From contig OX442314.1 in NCBI GenBank assembly GCA_949358305.1, positions 10,106,001 through 10,170,000 of the forward strand: a stretch of 64,000 nucleotides of DNA, read 5' to 3'. The notes below the pieces were generated by a model. It saw only the letters and a list, made by a program, of their open reading frames with translations, had not been told where the DNA came from and searched no databases. A program made the translations under genes and the position numbers. This document shows, piece after piece, positions 1 to 11,931 of this stretch; position 1 is the stretch's first letter, and every line of letters begins with the position of its first letter. The stretch comes from Strigamia acuminata (lineage: Eukaryota).

Positions 1-1229
1 ACTTGGACCGCGGTGACGTTTTAGCGACGTTTTTTCCTCGGTTTCTTTGGTTTTTCGGTGTTTTTTTTATTGTTTTTCCTGTTTTTTTTGTGATTTTAGG
101 TTTTATTGGTATTTTTTGGGTTGTGTGTGTTTATTGGGGGGTTTATTTGGTTTAAGTGTTTTTTTTCTGGACCTCGATAAAAATTTTTAATATTATCCGG
201 ACCCCACTTAAAATTACTCGCCGACCCCTGGATTATTCACTACTCGAATAATCCTTGTCATCCCTGTTTACATGACAGTTGCGCAAACGGAATATGTAAA
301 CGTAGTACAAGACAAATCGTCTTTTGAAATTCGAATGCAGCTAACGACGCAACAAACCCATCCTTTGATTTCCGAAACAGCGATACTAATCAGAAATTAA
401 AAGAAATTAAAATTAGTAATGCGCAAGTGTGCAAACCAAATATAAACAAACACTCTCTTTCTAGTCCATAAATCAGCCGAGCGAAAAATCAAAAATGTTG
501 ATATTTACCCGAATAAGTCACTAGATAGCACTTAAGACAAGTGCGAGTAATTGGCGCGAACAGAGCGCCATTGATGGCGCATTCGTGTTATCGCACTGGG
601 CCGATGTGATCGCGTCATAAATCGCTGGAGATTTCGGCGTAGAAATTAAGGATGAGAAAACGAGTTTATATCCGCGCGTAGAATGGGACCTTTGAACTGG
701 ATCGGGGTGCCGGGAGTCGGAAGTCGGTTCCCATGACACGGCGCTCGTAAAAGGGGCCCTCTGAGCTCATCAAGGCCTTTTTCGTCGTTTTAATATACAG
801 TAATTATTATGTGAAAGTGCCTTTCAAAGCTGGAGGGTCGAGGGAGGGAAAAAAGGAGATGTTGATGTTTATTTTTCGGGTGATTAGGACAAAGCGAGCT
901 TTTGTGAGTGTGGGGAAATGGTGGAGGCCCATTTGAGATGATGAGGCTGCTAAATGATTTTGAGTTCTCGGGTTTCATTGCCGGGAATGACACCAGTTTG
1001 TTGTGATTGTGTGGGGAAAAGGAGACGAGGGATCGGTTTGGGTGTGGGTTGTAGTGGAGGCGGAAGAGGTTTTCGATATGATTTGGTGATATTTGAGAGG
1101 ATTTCAGTGAAAGAAGTTTTAGGGGATTTCAATGAAATCTGATCGAATTTCAGGGAATTTCTATATAGTCTGATGAAATTTCAAAGAATTTAAAAAAAAT
1201 TGAACAAATTTCAAGGAATTGTAATGAAA

Positions 1230-2000
1230 TTTCAACAAAATCTGGTTAAATTCCAATAAAATCTGATCAAATTCCAATAAAATCCGATCAAATTCCAATA
1301 AAATCCGATCAAATTCCAATAAAATCTGATCAAATTCCAATAAAATCCGATCAAATTCCAATAAAATTTGATCAAATTCCAATAAAATCTGATCAAATTC
1401 CAATAAAATCTGATGAAATGTCACAAAATTTCAGTAAAATCTGAAGAAATATCACAAAATTTAAGTAAAAAATTATGAAATATCACAAAATTTCAGTAAA
1501 AAATTATGAAATATCACAAAATTTCAGTAAAATATTATGAAATATCACAAAATTTCAGTAAAATCTGAAGAAATATCACAAAATTTCAGTAAAATCTGAA
1601 GAAATATCACAAAATAGTAAAATTTGAAGAAATATCACAAAATTTCAGTAAAATATTATGAAATATCACAAAATTTCAGTACAATATTATGAAATATCAC
1701 AAAATTTCAGTAAAATATTATGAAATATCACAAAATTTCAGTAAAATATTATGAAATATCACAAAATTTCAGTAAAATATTATGAAATATCACAAAATTT
1801 CAGTAAAATATTATGAAATATCACAAAATTTCAGTAAAATATTATGAAATATCACAAAATTTCAGTAAAATATTATGAAATATCACAAAATTTCAGTAAA
1901 ATATTATGAAATATCACAAAATTTCAGTAAAATATTATGAAATATCTCAAAATTTCAGTAAAATATTATGAAATATCACAAAATTTCAGTAAAATCTGAT
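1230..2000. repeat. Tandem minisatellites, 21-bp then 31-bp units
   Basis: AAATTCCAATAAAATCTGATC x~8, then AATTTCAGTAAAATATTATGAAATATCACAA x>15. Confidence 0.95.
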
Positions 2001-3084
2001 GTTCGTGTTGGCTTAAACAATAATTCATACACATTAAAATCTTTCGGTTTTTACAGCCCGTTTAACAACCCGAGTTACGGTTATATTTTTAAGTAACTTT
2101 TGGTCCGTAGCTGGAGATGACGTTTTCTCCCTGTCGGAGCCCCCTTAACACTCTTCGCATTTCACTGCAATGCTTCGGCCATATAGTACAGTAGAACTCT
2201 AACGTCTCTTCTCCACAGTACAGAGAAGAGAAAAAGCAACGGTACTTTAAAATAATTAAATAATAAAATGGTGAATTGATACAAATACAACTCACGGTGC
2301 TAGTCATTCTCAGTATGCAAGGATGTGTATTTTTGCAAATTGATTGAAAAGAAGAGAAAAAGAAGTAAAATTGAATTTCGAATATACTTCAAACAAATTT
2401 TAGAGGAGAATTCCGATGTTGTACTAATTCACCACTAGAGGCGCAACATGACTTGTTGACATTTTGTGACGTATCAATGACATCAACTCCATGCCAGCTA
2501 CATCAAAGGAACCGCCCAAAAGTCACTAAAATATTGTTAAAGAGCATTAAAATCGACCAAAAATGGATATAAATCGTCAAAAACCATTAAAAACCGATTG
2601 AAAATAGGTGAAAATAGTAAAAATAACACTAAAAATCGAAAAAATCGGTAAAAAATCGCCTAGTGCTGTTCGGATAATTGATTGTTCGTATAACCGGTGT
2701 TCCGAAAATCGAGGTTACAGTAGAAGAAATTTTGATTATTGCGGTTTTTCCCTTCTGCAGATTGGACGAAATAAAAATGTCTGCTGCGCCCATTTTGGGC
2801 CGCCGAGCACGAAATGAGCTTTTTTATTAATTGGTGATTGCACTTGGAAGTGTTAATGTTTCTGTTACTAACGCAGCTGGTCCCGCGAAAAGTTTGGATG
2901 GGTTTTGGTTAAATTTATTTCATTTGGAATATTGGGATTTGCAAATGTATTTGCACTATCGGTATTGGGCCATTTAATGGAGGCATGACATGTCACCCGC
3001 GCGAGCAAACTGTGCGGCGCAGGCGAACATAAATAAATAAATACGGAGACAATTGGGACAGTCTTTTCTCTTTTAACAACACTT

Positions 3085-3520
3085 TTCTAACTTTTGATAC
3101 ATTTTGACAAAATTTTCGAATTTTTGGTACATTTTGACAAAATTTTCTAATTTTTTGTAAATTTTGACAAAATTTTCTAATTTTTGGTAAATTTTGACAA
3201 AATTTTCTAATTTTTGGTAAATTTTGGTAAATTTTGACAAAATTTTCTAATTCTTGGTAAATTTTGGTAAATTTGGACAAAATTTACTAATTTTTGGTAA
3301 ATTTTGGTAAATTTGGACAAAATTTACTAATTTTTGGTAAATTTTTGGTAAATTTTGACAAAAATTTTCTGATTTTTGGTAAACTTTGACAAAATTATCT
3401 AATTTTTGGTAAATTTAGGTAAATTTTGACAACATTTTCTAACTTTTGGAAAATTTTTGGAAAATTTTGACACAATTTTCTAATTTTTGGAAAATTTTTG
3501 GAAAATTTTGACAAAACCTT
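3085..3520. repeat. 30-bp (10-bp subunit) minisatellite
   Basis: ATTTTGACAAAATTTTCTAATTTTTGGTAA repeats. Confidence 0.9.
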
Positions 3521-4226
3521 ATTTTTTCTAAATTTTTCTCGAAAATCTTTTTATTTTCTTCAAAATTAACCAAAAAAAAATTTCCAAAATCTCAACTTTT
3601 ACCAAACAAAATCATCCAAAAATCTCAAACCCTACAACTCCAACAAACAAACACAAAAACAAAAACTTCCAAAAAAATCCAAAAAATCCTTAATAACTCA
3701 TAAATGCCAACATACATTTCCTGATGCTGATGGAATCCAATCTCCAATGCGAACATGAAACACGACTCCTCCACTAAAAAAAAAAAAAAAATAGATAAAT
3801 AAAAAAATAAAAAAAAATAAAAAAATAAAAAATAAAAAATAAATCTAAATTTATCATATTTAGACCTAAATTTCTTAATGAATGTGTTTCTTACATTTCC
3901 CAGATGTTGTGATGGGAGAAATAAATGCAGCGACTCGAATTTCCGGTTTACTGATTGACATACTAACCTCCCCTGCCCTCCCCCGACGAAAAAACATTAT
4001 CTAGCAGCACGCGTCTGCGTCTAGCCAATACACAACACCATACAATACAAGTTGCATTATTTATAACTTTTAATCACCTCTCCCCGCATTCCGAAACCTA
4101 TCAACAATTGACCCTCAGAACCAGCTGTTACGTCATTAATTTTAGCTTTTCAAATAAATTAGACATCGCGCGAGTGTTAACTGATGCGATTTCCCAAGAG
4201 CTCTTAAACCGTTTCATCGCGAGCAT

Positions 4227-4420
4227 AAATGGCGATTTGTGACGTCACAAATCAACAACCATTTTATTAGATCAAATCGGATAAATGGTGATGTATGACG
4301 TCACAAATCCTCACATATCTCATCAATCAACTTCGGAAAAATGGCGACGCGTGACGTCATAAATCAACAACCATCTTCATTAATCAAGTTCGGATAAATG
4401 GCGACGGATGACGTCAAAAT
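4227..4420. repeat. Four 56-57-bp units, each carrying AAATGGCG-N5-TGACGTCA
   Basis: TGACGTCA at 4240, 4296, 4352, 4409. Confidence 0.85.
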
Positions 4421-5281
4421 CGGATTAAGTTCGGAATTCGGACAATTTAATTTTTTTTTTAAAAAATGGTTGTTATTGTTGTTTCCGCGATTATAATTTG
4501 TTACCTAGATCATTGATGCGAGTGGGAGGTCGGGATTGGGCTTGTAATTTGTTTATTTGCCCATCTGCACTATTTATTTCATCTGCAGCTCTCTTTAACG
4601 AAGCTGTAATGGCTCGCAAGTGGCTTCCAGTCACGCCAGCAGATCCGGCGCAGGCGCGGACAGCTGCTGAGAGATGCGCTGGGATAGGCCTAACGTCAAC
4701 GGGTCCTCTCACTGACTTTGTGTGGTCCGTATCCTGTTTATCTGTTTATGCCTCGAATAAACACTGTGACAAGACGCATTTGTTTGGAAAGCCACGATCA
4801 TTTCCTAGCAATTAATGTCTGATTTTGCTATTTGATTATGCTAGCTACAGACTGGCTTCTCCTTGATGCATCTAATGCTTGTCTGGCTGAAATTGTTGTA
4901 TTCAAAAAATGATTAAGGGCCAAGAGTACCCTCAAATTCCCAAATCAAAATTTCTGATAAATAGTATTCAAAAAAGATTGGTATGTTCCTGTATCTTTAC
5001 CACTTGTAGTTTAGAACCTCCTAGGCCTCCGGAGCTTACACTATAACTGAAAATAGCGTAGTTTTCCACTATTTACATCACTGACTAAAAATCTGGATTA
5101 GCATTGACCTCTTTCGCTGCCATTTTGAATTCTCCGCTTCATTCGCAAGCGGAGCACATGTTAAGGTTTATCTTATCGTTTGCGCTTTTAATACTTTTAA
5201 ATTCACAATAATAAAATGTTGCAGCATTGTATTGCAACAGTTAAAAACAGGAATTCTCTCTTTTTATGCGAATGAGACATT

Positions 5282-5617
5282 ACTACAGTCAGCGCACGAT
5301 ATCTTGATGCTAAATTCGTACTGCGCATCCCATTCTGTGCAGACGATTTTCTAATTCCAGTTGTTATTTAGCAGTATTAAGCCTAATATTAGGCCTAATA
5401 ATGCTAAAATAAAGTAAATAAACAACAATAAACTCATAATTAAAAGTAATTTACAACGTAGTACCAAAATATTTTTGTTTATTTACCTTATTTTCGCATT
5501 TTTGGCCTAATATTAGGCTTAATACTGCTAAATAACAACTGGAATTAGAAAATCGTCTGCGCAAAATGGGATGCGCAGTACGAATTTAGCATCAAGATTC
5601 CGTGCGCAGACTGTAGT
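5282..5617. mobile_element. Foldback MITE with ~140-bp inverted arms
   Basis: ACTACAGTCAGCGCACG...GCCTAATATTAGGCC mirrored by GGCCTAATATTAGGC...CGTGCGCAGACTGTAGT; TA-CAGTC ends. Confidence 0.8.
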
Positions 5618-7071
5618 TTCGGTTATCATGTGGCATGTATAAGTGTTAACTCTAATTTTATAACTATAACTTAAAACTTCAACCACAACCTACTTTTACT
5701 TTACAGTGTCAAAAATATCATTATTGTAAGGGTAAAGTACCTGCCGTAAACTGTGTAATGTCACGACAATGCCGTATTTTTGCTCCCTCGCCTGCAGCTC
5801 TTAATCGAAGGAATACAGTACGCTATTCTTTCCAAAGGCCTTTCGACCGTTTCCAACTACCTTCAGTGATGAAATAGAAGTTTTAAATATTTAATTATGT
5901 TTTACCGAAGTCCATAAAATGTGATTTTATTTTTACAGTGAAGATGGGGGCCTCATGAGCCTCACACCTTTTGCCTAAAACCGCCAGTGAATTTGAATTT
6001 GATCCTTCTAGTCCATATTGTCACATTTTGCAAAAAATATGTCACGATGTCCCGTTTCTTACTCAATAATTTTACCTAGAATTTGTTTTCTTTAGAAAGT
6101 TAGACCCCTCAGAGTTCATCATTCATTTGTGACCTCATTTATGATTTATTGAATTATTCGAGTTTAAATAAAAATATAAAAATGTCACTTCCTGTCTCCA
6201 AAAGGCAGCAATTTGATCCATTAAACTTTGAATGCACCTTGTGTGAAAAGTCAGGGATAAAGGGTCTTGTGTCCATTTTACAGTTGAAACATGGGACACC
6301 CAAGGAGTAATTGCCCAGAAAAAAAAAGTATGGCCGCTCCGTAGGTGGTTGCCAAAGATTTGGCGCGAACTTGAATTTTAACACGAAGAATCCAGCCCTT
6401 CTCTGCATGGGACTTGACAAGAAGGCACCCACCAAGAAAAAAACTCGGAACAACAACCACAAATTATTTACTGTTCAGCACAAAACTACCTGTACATTTT
6501 AATACTGGAGGTTTTGTTGTTTTGCCACTGTTGGCGAGAAGAACGGTTTTACCGCGACAGCCCGATCACACTGGAAAAAAAAGTAAATTTCCAAACATTT
6601 CCAAGTTGGAAATTAATACGGAAAATTTGAATTTCCTATTACGAGAAAATTTGTTGGAAATGTGTTGTCGATATTTATACGTTTCCACACTTTTGGAAAT
6701 TAGCTGTAAATCCTAAAGGTGAAATCTAATATTTCCAATAAATTGTAAATTTGTTGTTTAAAATATTATATTTACAATCAGTTTTCTTTCAGATGGAAAT
6801 GTTGTCTCAAAATATTTACAATCTAGTAAAGAGATTTGGTTGAACGTCGATGTCGTACTTCCTGGCGCAGATTCATTTTTTCCAGTTTGCGCAGCTTATT
6901 TTTTGAAAAATCGTGTATTGTCCAGGTTTTACATTGACCACATCTGGTCACCCTGCAAACGGGCTCAAAAATTAACATATTCACAGTTTATACGCGATGA
7001 GCTAGAGATTTCTGACGATTTTGAACATTACTCCATAACGAATAAAAAAAATTATTTGAACCTAAAATGAT

Positions 7072-7750
7072 TATAGAGAGTTTGAAATGCCATTTTTATG
7101 TCTGAAAAATTATACCACTCAGATGCAATTTTTTGTTCTGCAGACGCATGCGATAGATTTGCTGTCCACTGCTCCATGACTACTGAAATGGTGTTGGTTG
7201 AGGTAGTGCTTCCCTCAATAATTACCATGTTTATATGTACCCAGTTATCTGGTTAAGTGAAAATGCAAATTTTATTTTTCTGGAAAACTGATCATGTAAA
7301 CAAACCAGTTTTTAAGAAAAGATCGATTTATTTGGAAAACTAAATTCCAGTTGTACGAGGTATAGATTTTGGGCGTTTTGCGCATTGGAAACTGCATGTA
7401 AACACCCGTGCATGCGAAAATTAAAAACTTTTAACGGAATATCATCGAATCGTCGCAGTAACGATACGTTACACCGATGTACCAACGACACTTAATACCG
7501 AAAACGATGTGAAATGAGCTAAAAACACGATTTCTACGGTCAGAATTTGATTTGTTTCGGGGCTTAAATAGATCAACAACCATTTTGTTGTCCCAGATAA
7601 TCAAAATGCATTATGAGTAATTCACATTTGTCGTCATGTTTACCAGAAAACTAAGAACGTGTAAACGCATACGGTTATCCGGATAAATAAAATCCGGATT
7701 TTAACTTTTCTGGAAAACAGGTATGAAAATGGCATTTCAAACTCTGTATA
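7072..7750. mobile_element. Non-autonomous TIR element remnant
   Basis: 25-bp inverted repeat TATAGAGAGTTTGAAATGCCATTTT / AAAATGGCATTTCAAACTCTGTATA (1 mismatch); target-site duplication unclear. Confidence 0.55.
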
Positions 7751-10700
7751 ATGTTTTTAGATTAAAATAAAAATTTGAATTAAAATTTGATTAATTAAAT
7801 TTTCAAAATCGTCAGTCAATTTACGGCCAAAATCATGAAATTTGTATGTGAAAAATTAAACCAAAATGGCCATTTTCTGTTATCTTATGGCTGCTATTGT
7901 TTCTTCTCAATCCAAAATTCCAGCTCAATTAGTTGAATTGTGTTTTCCTCTCGTGTTTTACCTTTCTCCCAACATGGGGCCATCATAACAAGATGGCGCC
8001 CGCCTTGGCTTTGTTATTTCTTGTGTTGCAAACAGGTGCAATTGAGTTTATTTACACTGCAACATGACGGATAACCGGCAGGGGGTGATCTTCCATCCAC
8101 TCGCATCCACTTGTGTCATTTGTGTCGCGAAATATGAGCTTACCCGGAGCGCGTGCCCTCGCGCCTCCTACTGCGCACCTTTGCCACGATTTGTTCGTGT
8201 TACACATCATTAAAATCCGGGCCCATTATACGATGAATTATGGTTTTTCATAAAAATAATTGTGATTAACGTTAATAACATGTCTGTTTATAAAAATTAA
8301 ATTGATGTTCACGTTTTGAATTTAAAATAAATAAAATTAAATTAAAATATGTCTGACTTGTTTGGCTTTTTCCGTCCCCCTGGTGAGCAAATATTAATAC
8401 TCGTAACTGCTGACCTGGCGCTGAGTTGGAGACCTTTGACTTTGCTATCACAACGAGTTCGGATGCGAATTTTTATTTTTGTTTTCAGGTTGAAATAAAA
8501 TAAAAAGAACGGTGGGGAAAATAATGTAATTTTTCTTACCTTAAATGGCGCTCGGCACGGATTGCCAAAATGGCGGCTTGGGTTGATAAATTCCTTAATT
8601 TCATAATTTCTTGTATTTTTTATTGAAATTTTGAGTGAAATTATTCGTGAAAAAGGGTGAAAAAATAAAATTGAGTTTTATTCACTGGATTTTTATATTT
8701 ATTTTGTGTTTTTTTTTTAAAATTTGTTTTCGTATCGTTTCGGATTTGTTGCGGCTCGATCCCAATCGTCAAAAAATGGCGGCTTGTGTAATTACTTTCC
8801 GCTTAACTTTCACATTTCTCGTGTTTGTTGTCTTTGAATTTCGAGTAAAATTATGACGAGAAAAATAAATCGATTTTAATTTCTTGCATTTTTATTTTTA
8901 TTTATTTATTTTTTTCATATTTTATCAGTTCGGAATTCGGATTTATTGCGGCTCATCAAGATGGCGCCCGCGATTAGCGATTAATAATTTCTCATTGTGC
9001 GGTCCATTTATTTTCATGTCTTTTAAGTGATACGAGTCGGAATTAAATCGGAGTTGACATTAACACGACCGTAAAGTTTATCCCCTAGTGAACAACAGCC
9101 ATAAAGGCGCTTGACGTGACGTTTATATTCCCACAATATCCATCAGCAGGTGTTTGCAATTACAGACACAATAGGACGTCACACGTGACTCCAAGCGACC
9201 GATCGCAATATCGAATAAAAAGATAATAAAAAATTGATGTCAAGTTGAAGCGATCGTTTGATTTTTATTGTAAAATCCGAGCCCACCTAGGGAAATCGAA
9301 AGAAAACGGACAAAAATGTTTGTTGAAGCTCGTAAATATGAGTGGGCGCGAGCATCTTTATATTTATGTCGGAATGAGTCGCAGATCACGCTGGGCGCCA
9401 TGATTGGAGTCGTCGGCCGCTACAAATCAAGCGCACAACGGGTAACAGCAGACCGACCCCGGTCACGTGATGTCCGCCTCGAAATGCTATCGGGTGTCTC
9501 ACTCGCTACAAATCATTTTGCTACGCGATTTGCAACCCCAAGTGTTTTCCGCGCTTTGCGAGGATATAAATTAAATATATTGAATTTCATTCCCGACATG
9601 TTTGAACTTCTCGTTCGAATTAAATAAAAATTTAAAAATTTAAAAATTAAAAAAAATTTAAAAAACTAAATAAAAAACTAAAGAATTAATTTTTTTTATG
9701 ATTAAATAAACGATTCATTTGATTAGATGAATTTACGATCTTTATTAACCCAAATATGAAATAAAAATGGAAAAAATCCTTTAAAAAAATGCACTTAACC
9801 TTCGTTTACATCGTAGTCTTAAAAGCCATGTTTTTGCATTAATAAAACCAGATGCGCGTCACATTTTAAATGAAGCGGAATCGGAAAAAACGAGGCGCAT
9901 TAACATGTCAAAAGGAAATTATAACGTGTTATAAACTTAATTCCTAATTAAAATTTTTAATACTCAACTCAAAAAAAAAAATATATACACACTAAATCTA
10001 AAAAAAAATACAACAACTTCCGCTATTGAAATTCACGCCACGTTTTCCTAATTCCAAAATGGCGTTTCTTCTTTATCGCGCAACGATTTTTTTTAATTTT
10101 AATTTTTTTTAATTCCTCAATAATAATAAAAATAAGAATAAAAAACACAAATGCAACGACAGCGAGCAATTACAATGTCCAAACGGGCCAAAGGGTTATT
10201 TGTTTATGGACAACAACGGCTTTGTTTATGTTTATGCTGTCGTGGGGCGTTGCGACATAACTTAGGTCTCTAACTAGACAGCGTGACAAGGAATAATTCT
10301 TGTTCAATAATCCTCACTGCGCATTCTCACCTGCCGCCCCCTGATGTGAGGTAGCGTCATTTATGTTGTGACCATTAAAACGAGATATTGGGCGCCATCT
10401 GAATGCATATACATATATGAATGTTGGCTAGCGAGAGAGCGGCGCTCCCACGCGGTTGTACGTTGATGCCGGTTGAATATTAACGGTTGGAAATGCGATA
10501 ACTTGCATGAGAGCCACGCGTGAGAGAAAAATGTTTAATGAATTGGCACGCAGGGGTAGCGGAGGGGAAAAAATGAGTTGAAAGATTGTGAATATAATAA
10601 AAAATAATTGTATTTAGTTATGGCCGCGTTGAATTAATCATTTGACATGTTTGCAAACATCGAAATATTTGATGGTGCAGATTTAATTTGTGATTTCAAA

Positions 10701-11931
10701 TTATTTTGATGCAATTTTGGGTGGAAAATCAAGTTGAAAACGGAATAAAACGGAATGAAATGAAATAAAATGGAATAAAAAGGAGTTTCGTCGCGTTTAA
10801 CGATGGGAAATGGTGGTTTACGTGGGGTATCGTTCGGTTGGTATCATTTTACCGGATAATCGCAAGTGAGAAATTTAAAACTGAGGTAAGATTCAGTGAT
10901 TTTAATTCGTATTTCTTCAAATTTAGGGGTAAAATCAAGTTAATTCGAACGAAAACGGAATAAAAAGAGGTTTAGTCGAGGTTTAACGATGGGAAATGAC
11001 GGTTTACACGCGGTATCGGTCGGTTGCTATCACATTGCCGGTAAATCGCAAATTGGAAATTTAATTTTGCGATTTTAATTCTTATTTCTTCAATTTCGGG
11101 GCATAAATTTAGAAAAGAAAGGTTTTACTCCATTAAAACTAAATTAAAAAAATGAAAATATTGTTGTTTTTATTAATTTTTTCAATGCAGTATCGCTCGC
11201 TCGCTATCATTTTACCGATAAAATGCAAGTAAAAAATAAATAAAAAAATGCATGATTTCACTTTCAAATTTCCTCAATTCAGGGCTTAAAATTAACCCTA
11301 ATCCACAAAAAACGATAAAATCAACACCAATTCGCCTAAAACAACAAAAAACGAAAAACCCAGAATCGATGTACAAGATTGTACACAGAGTATCAGTCGG
11401 TCGCTATCCCCCACCACCAAATCGAAAGTGAGAACAAACGGCTCGAATTACATTTTCATTTTTGCGAATAAAAAAAAGGGCCGAGCGAGCCTCGTTCTCA
11501 AGTCCAAACAAGTGTACAGTCTGTAGTTATACGAGCTTAATCCAAACAGCGAGTTGTTTGAATTGTTATTGTTGACACGTGAGAAACCCCAGGACACTCG
11601 CCATGTTGTGTCTGTGTCCACTTGTTGACTTGTCGACGGACGGGGGGCGCCTCGAATCAACCTCTGGCGCTGGCGGGAGAGTTATGCGGGACCACCCGGG
11701 TTGGTTTACGGCTTCGTAGGCCACTGCATGACAGAACAGCGTCATCTCAATTAGCGACCCATGTTACCCCTACTCGGCCACACATGACCTTTCTCGGCTC
11801 TAAGATGGCGGCTCCAAGATGGCGGCGCCGATGGAATGAAATGAGTTACGGATTCGTCAATGTTATTTAGATTTTAATAATGATAAAAGATAGAGAGAGA
11901 GAGTGGTGTATTTACATGGGTATTTTGAGAC

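Noticed and set aside
1161..1424. Repetitive ORFs here and at 2993-3280, 12696-12878, 18515-19463, 19812-20361, 34331-34729, 41202-41645, 49552-50034 and 53005-53324
   Set aside because: They are translations of minisatellites or low-complexity A/T tracts, mostly inside introns; no coding evidence.
1230..2000. CRISPR-like appearance of regular repeats (also 4227-4420 and 10770-11435)
   Set aside because: Units are contiguous or have homologous spacers, there are no cas genes, and the context is a spliced eukaryotic genome.
4491..4815. GC-richer ORFs in the HLX flanks (also 9316-9627, 19155-19592, 20839-21129, 61085-61367)
   Set aside because: Short, no domains and no consistent splice structure; more likely cis-regulatory islands.
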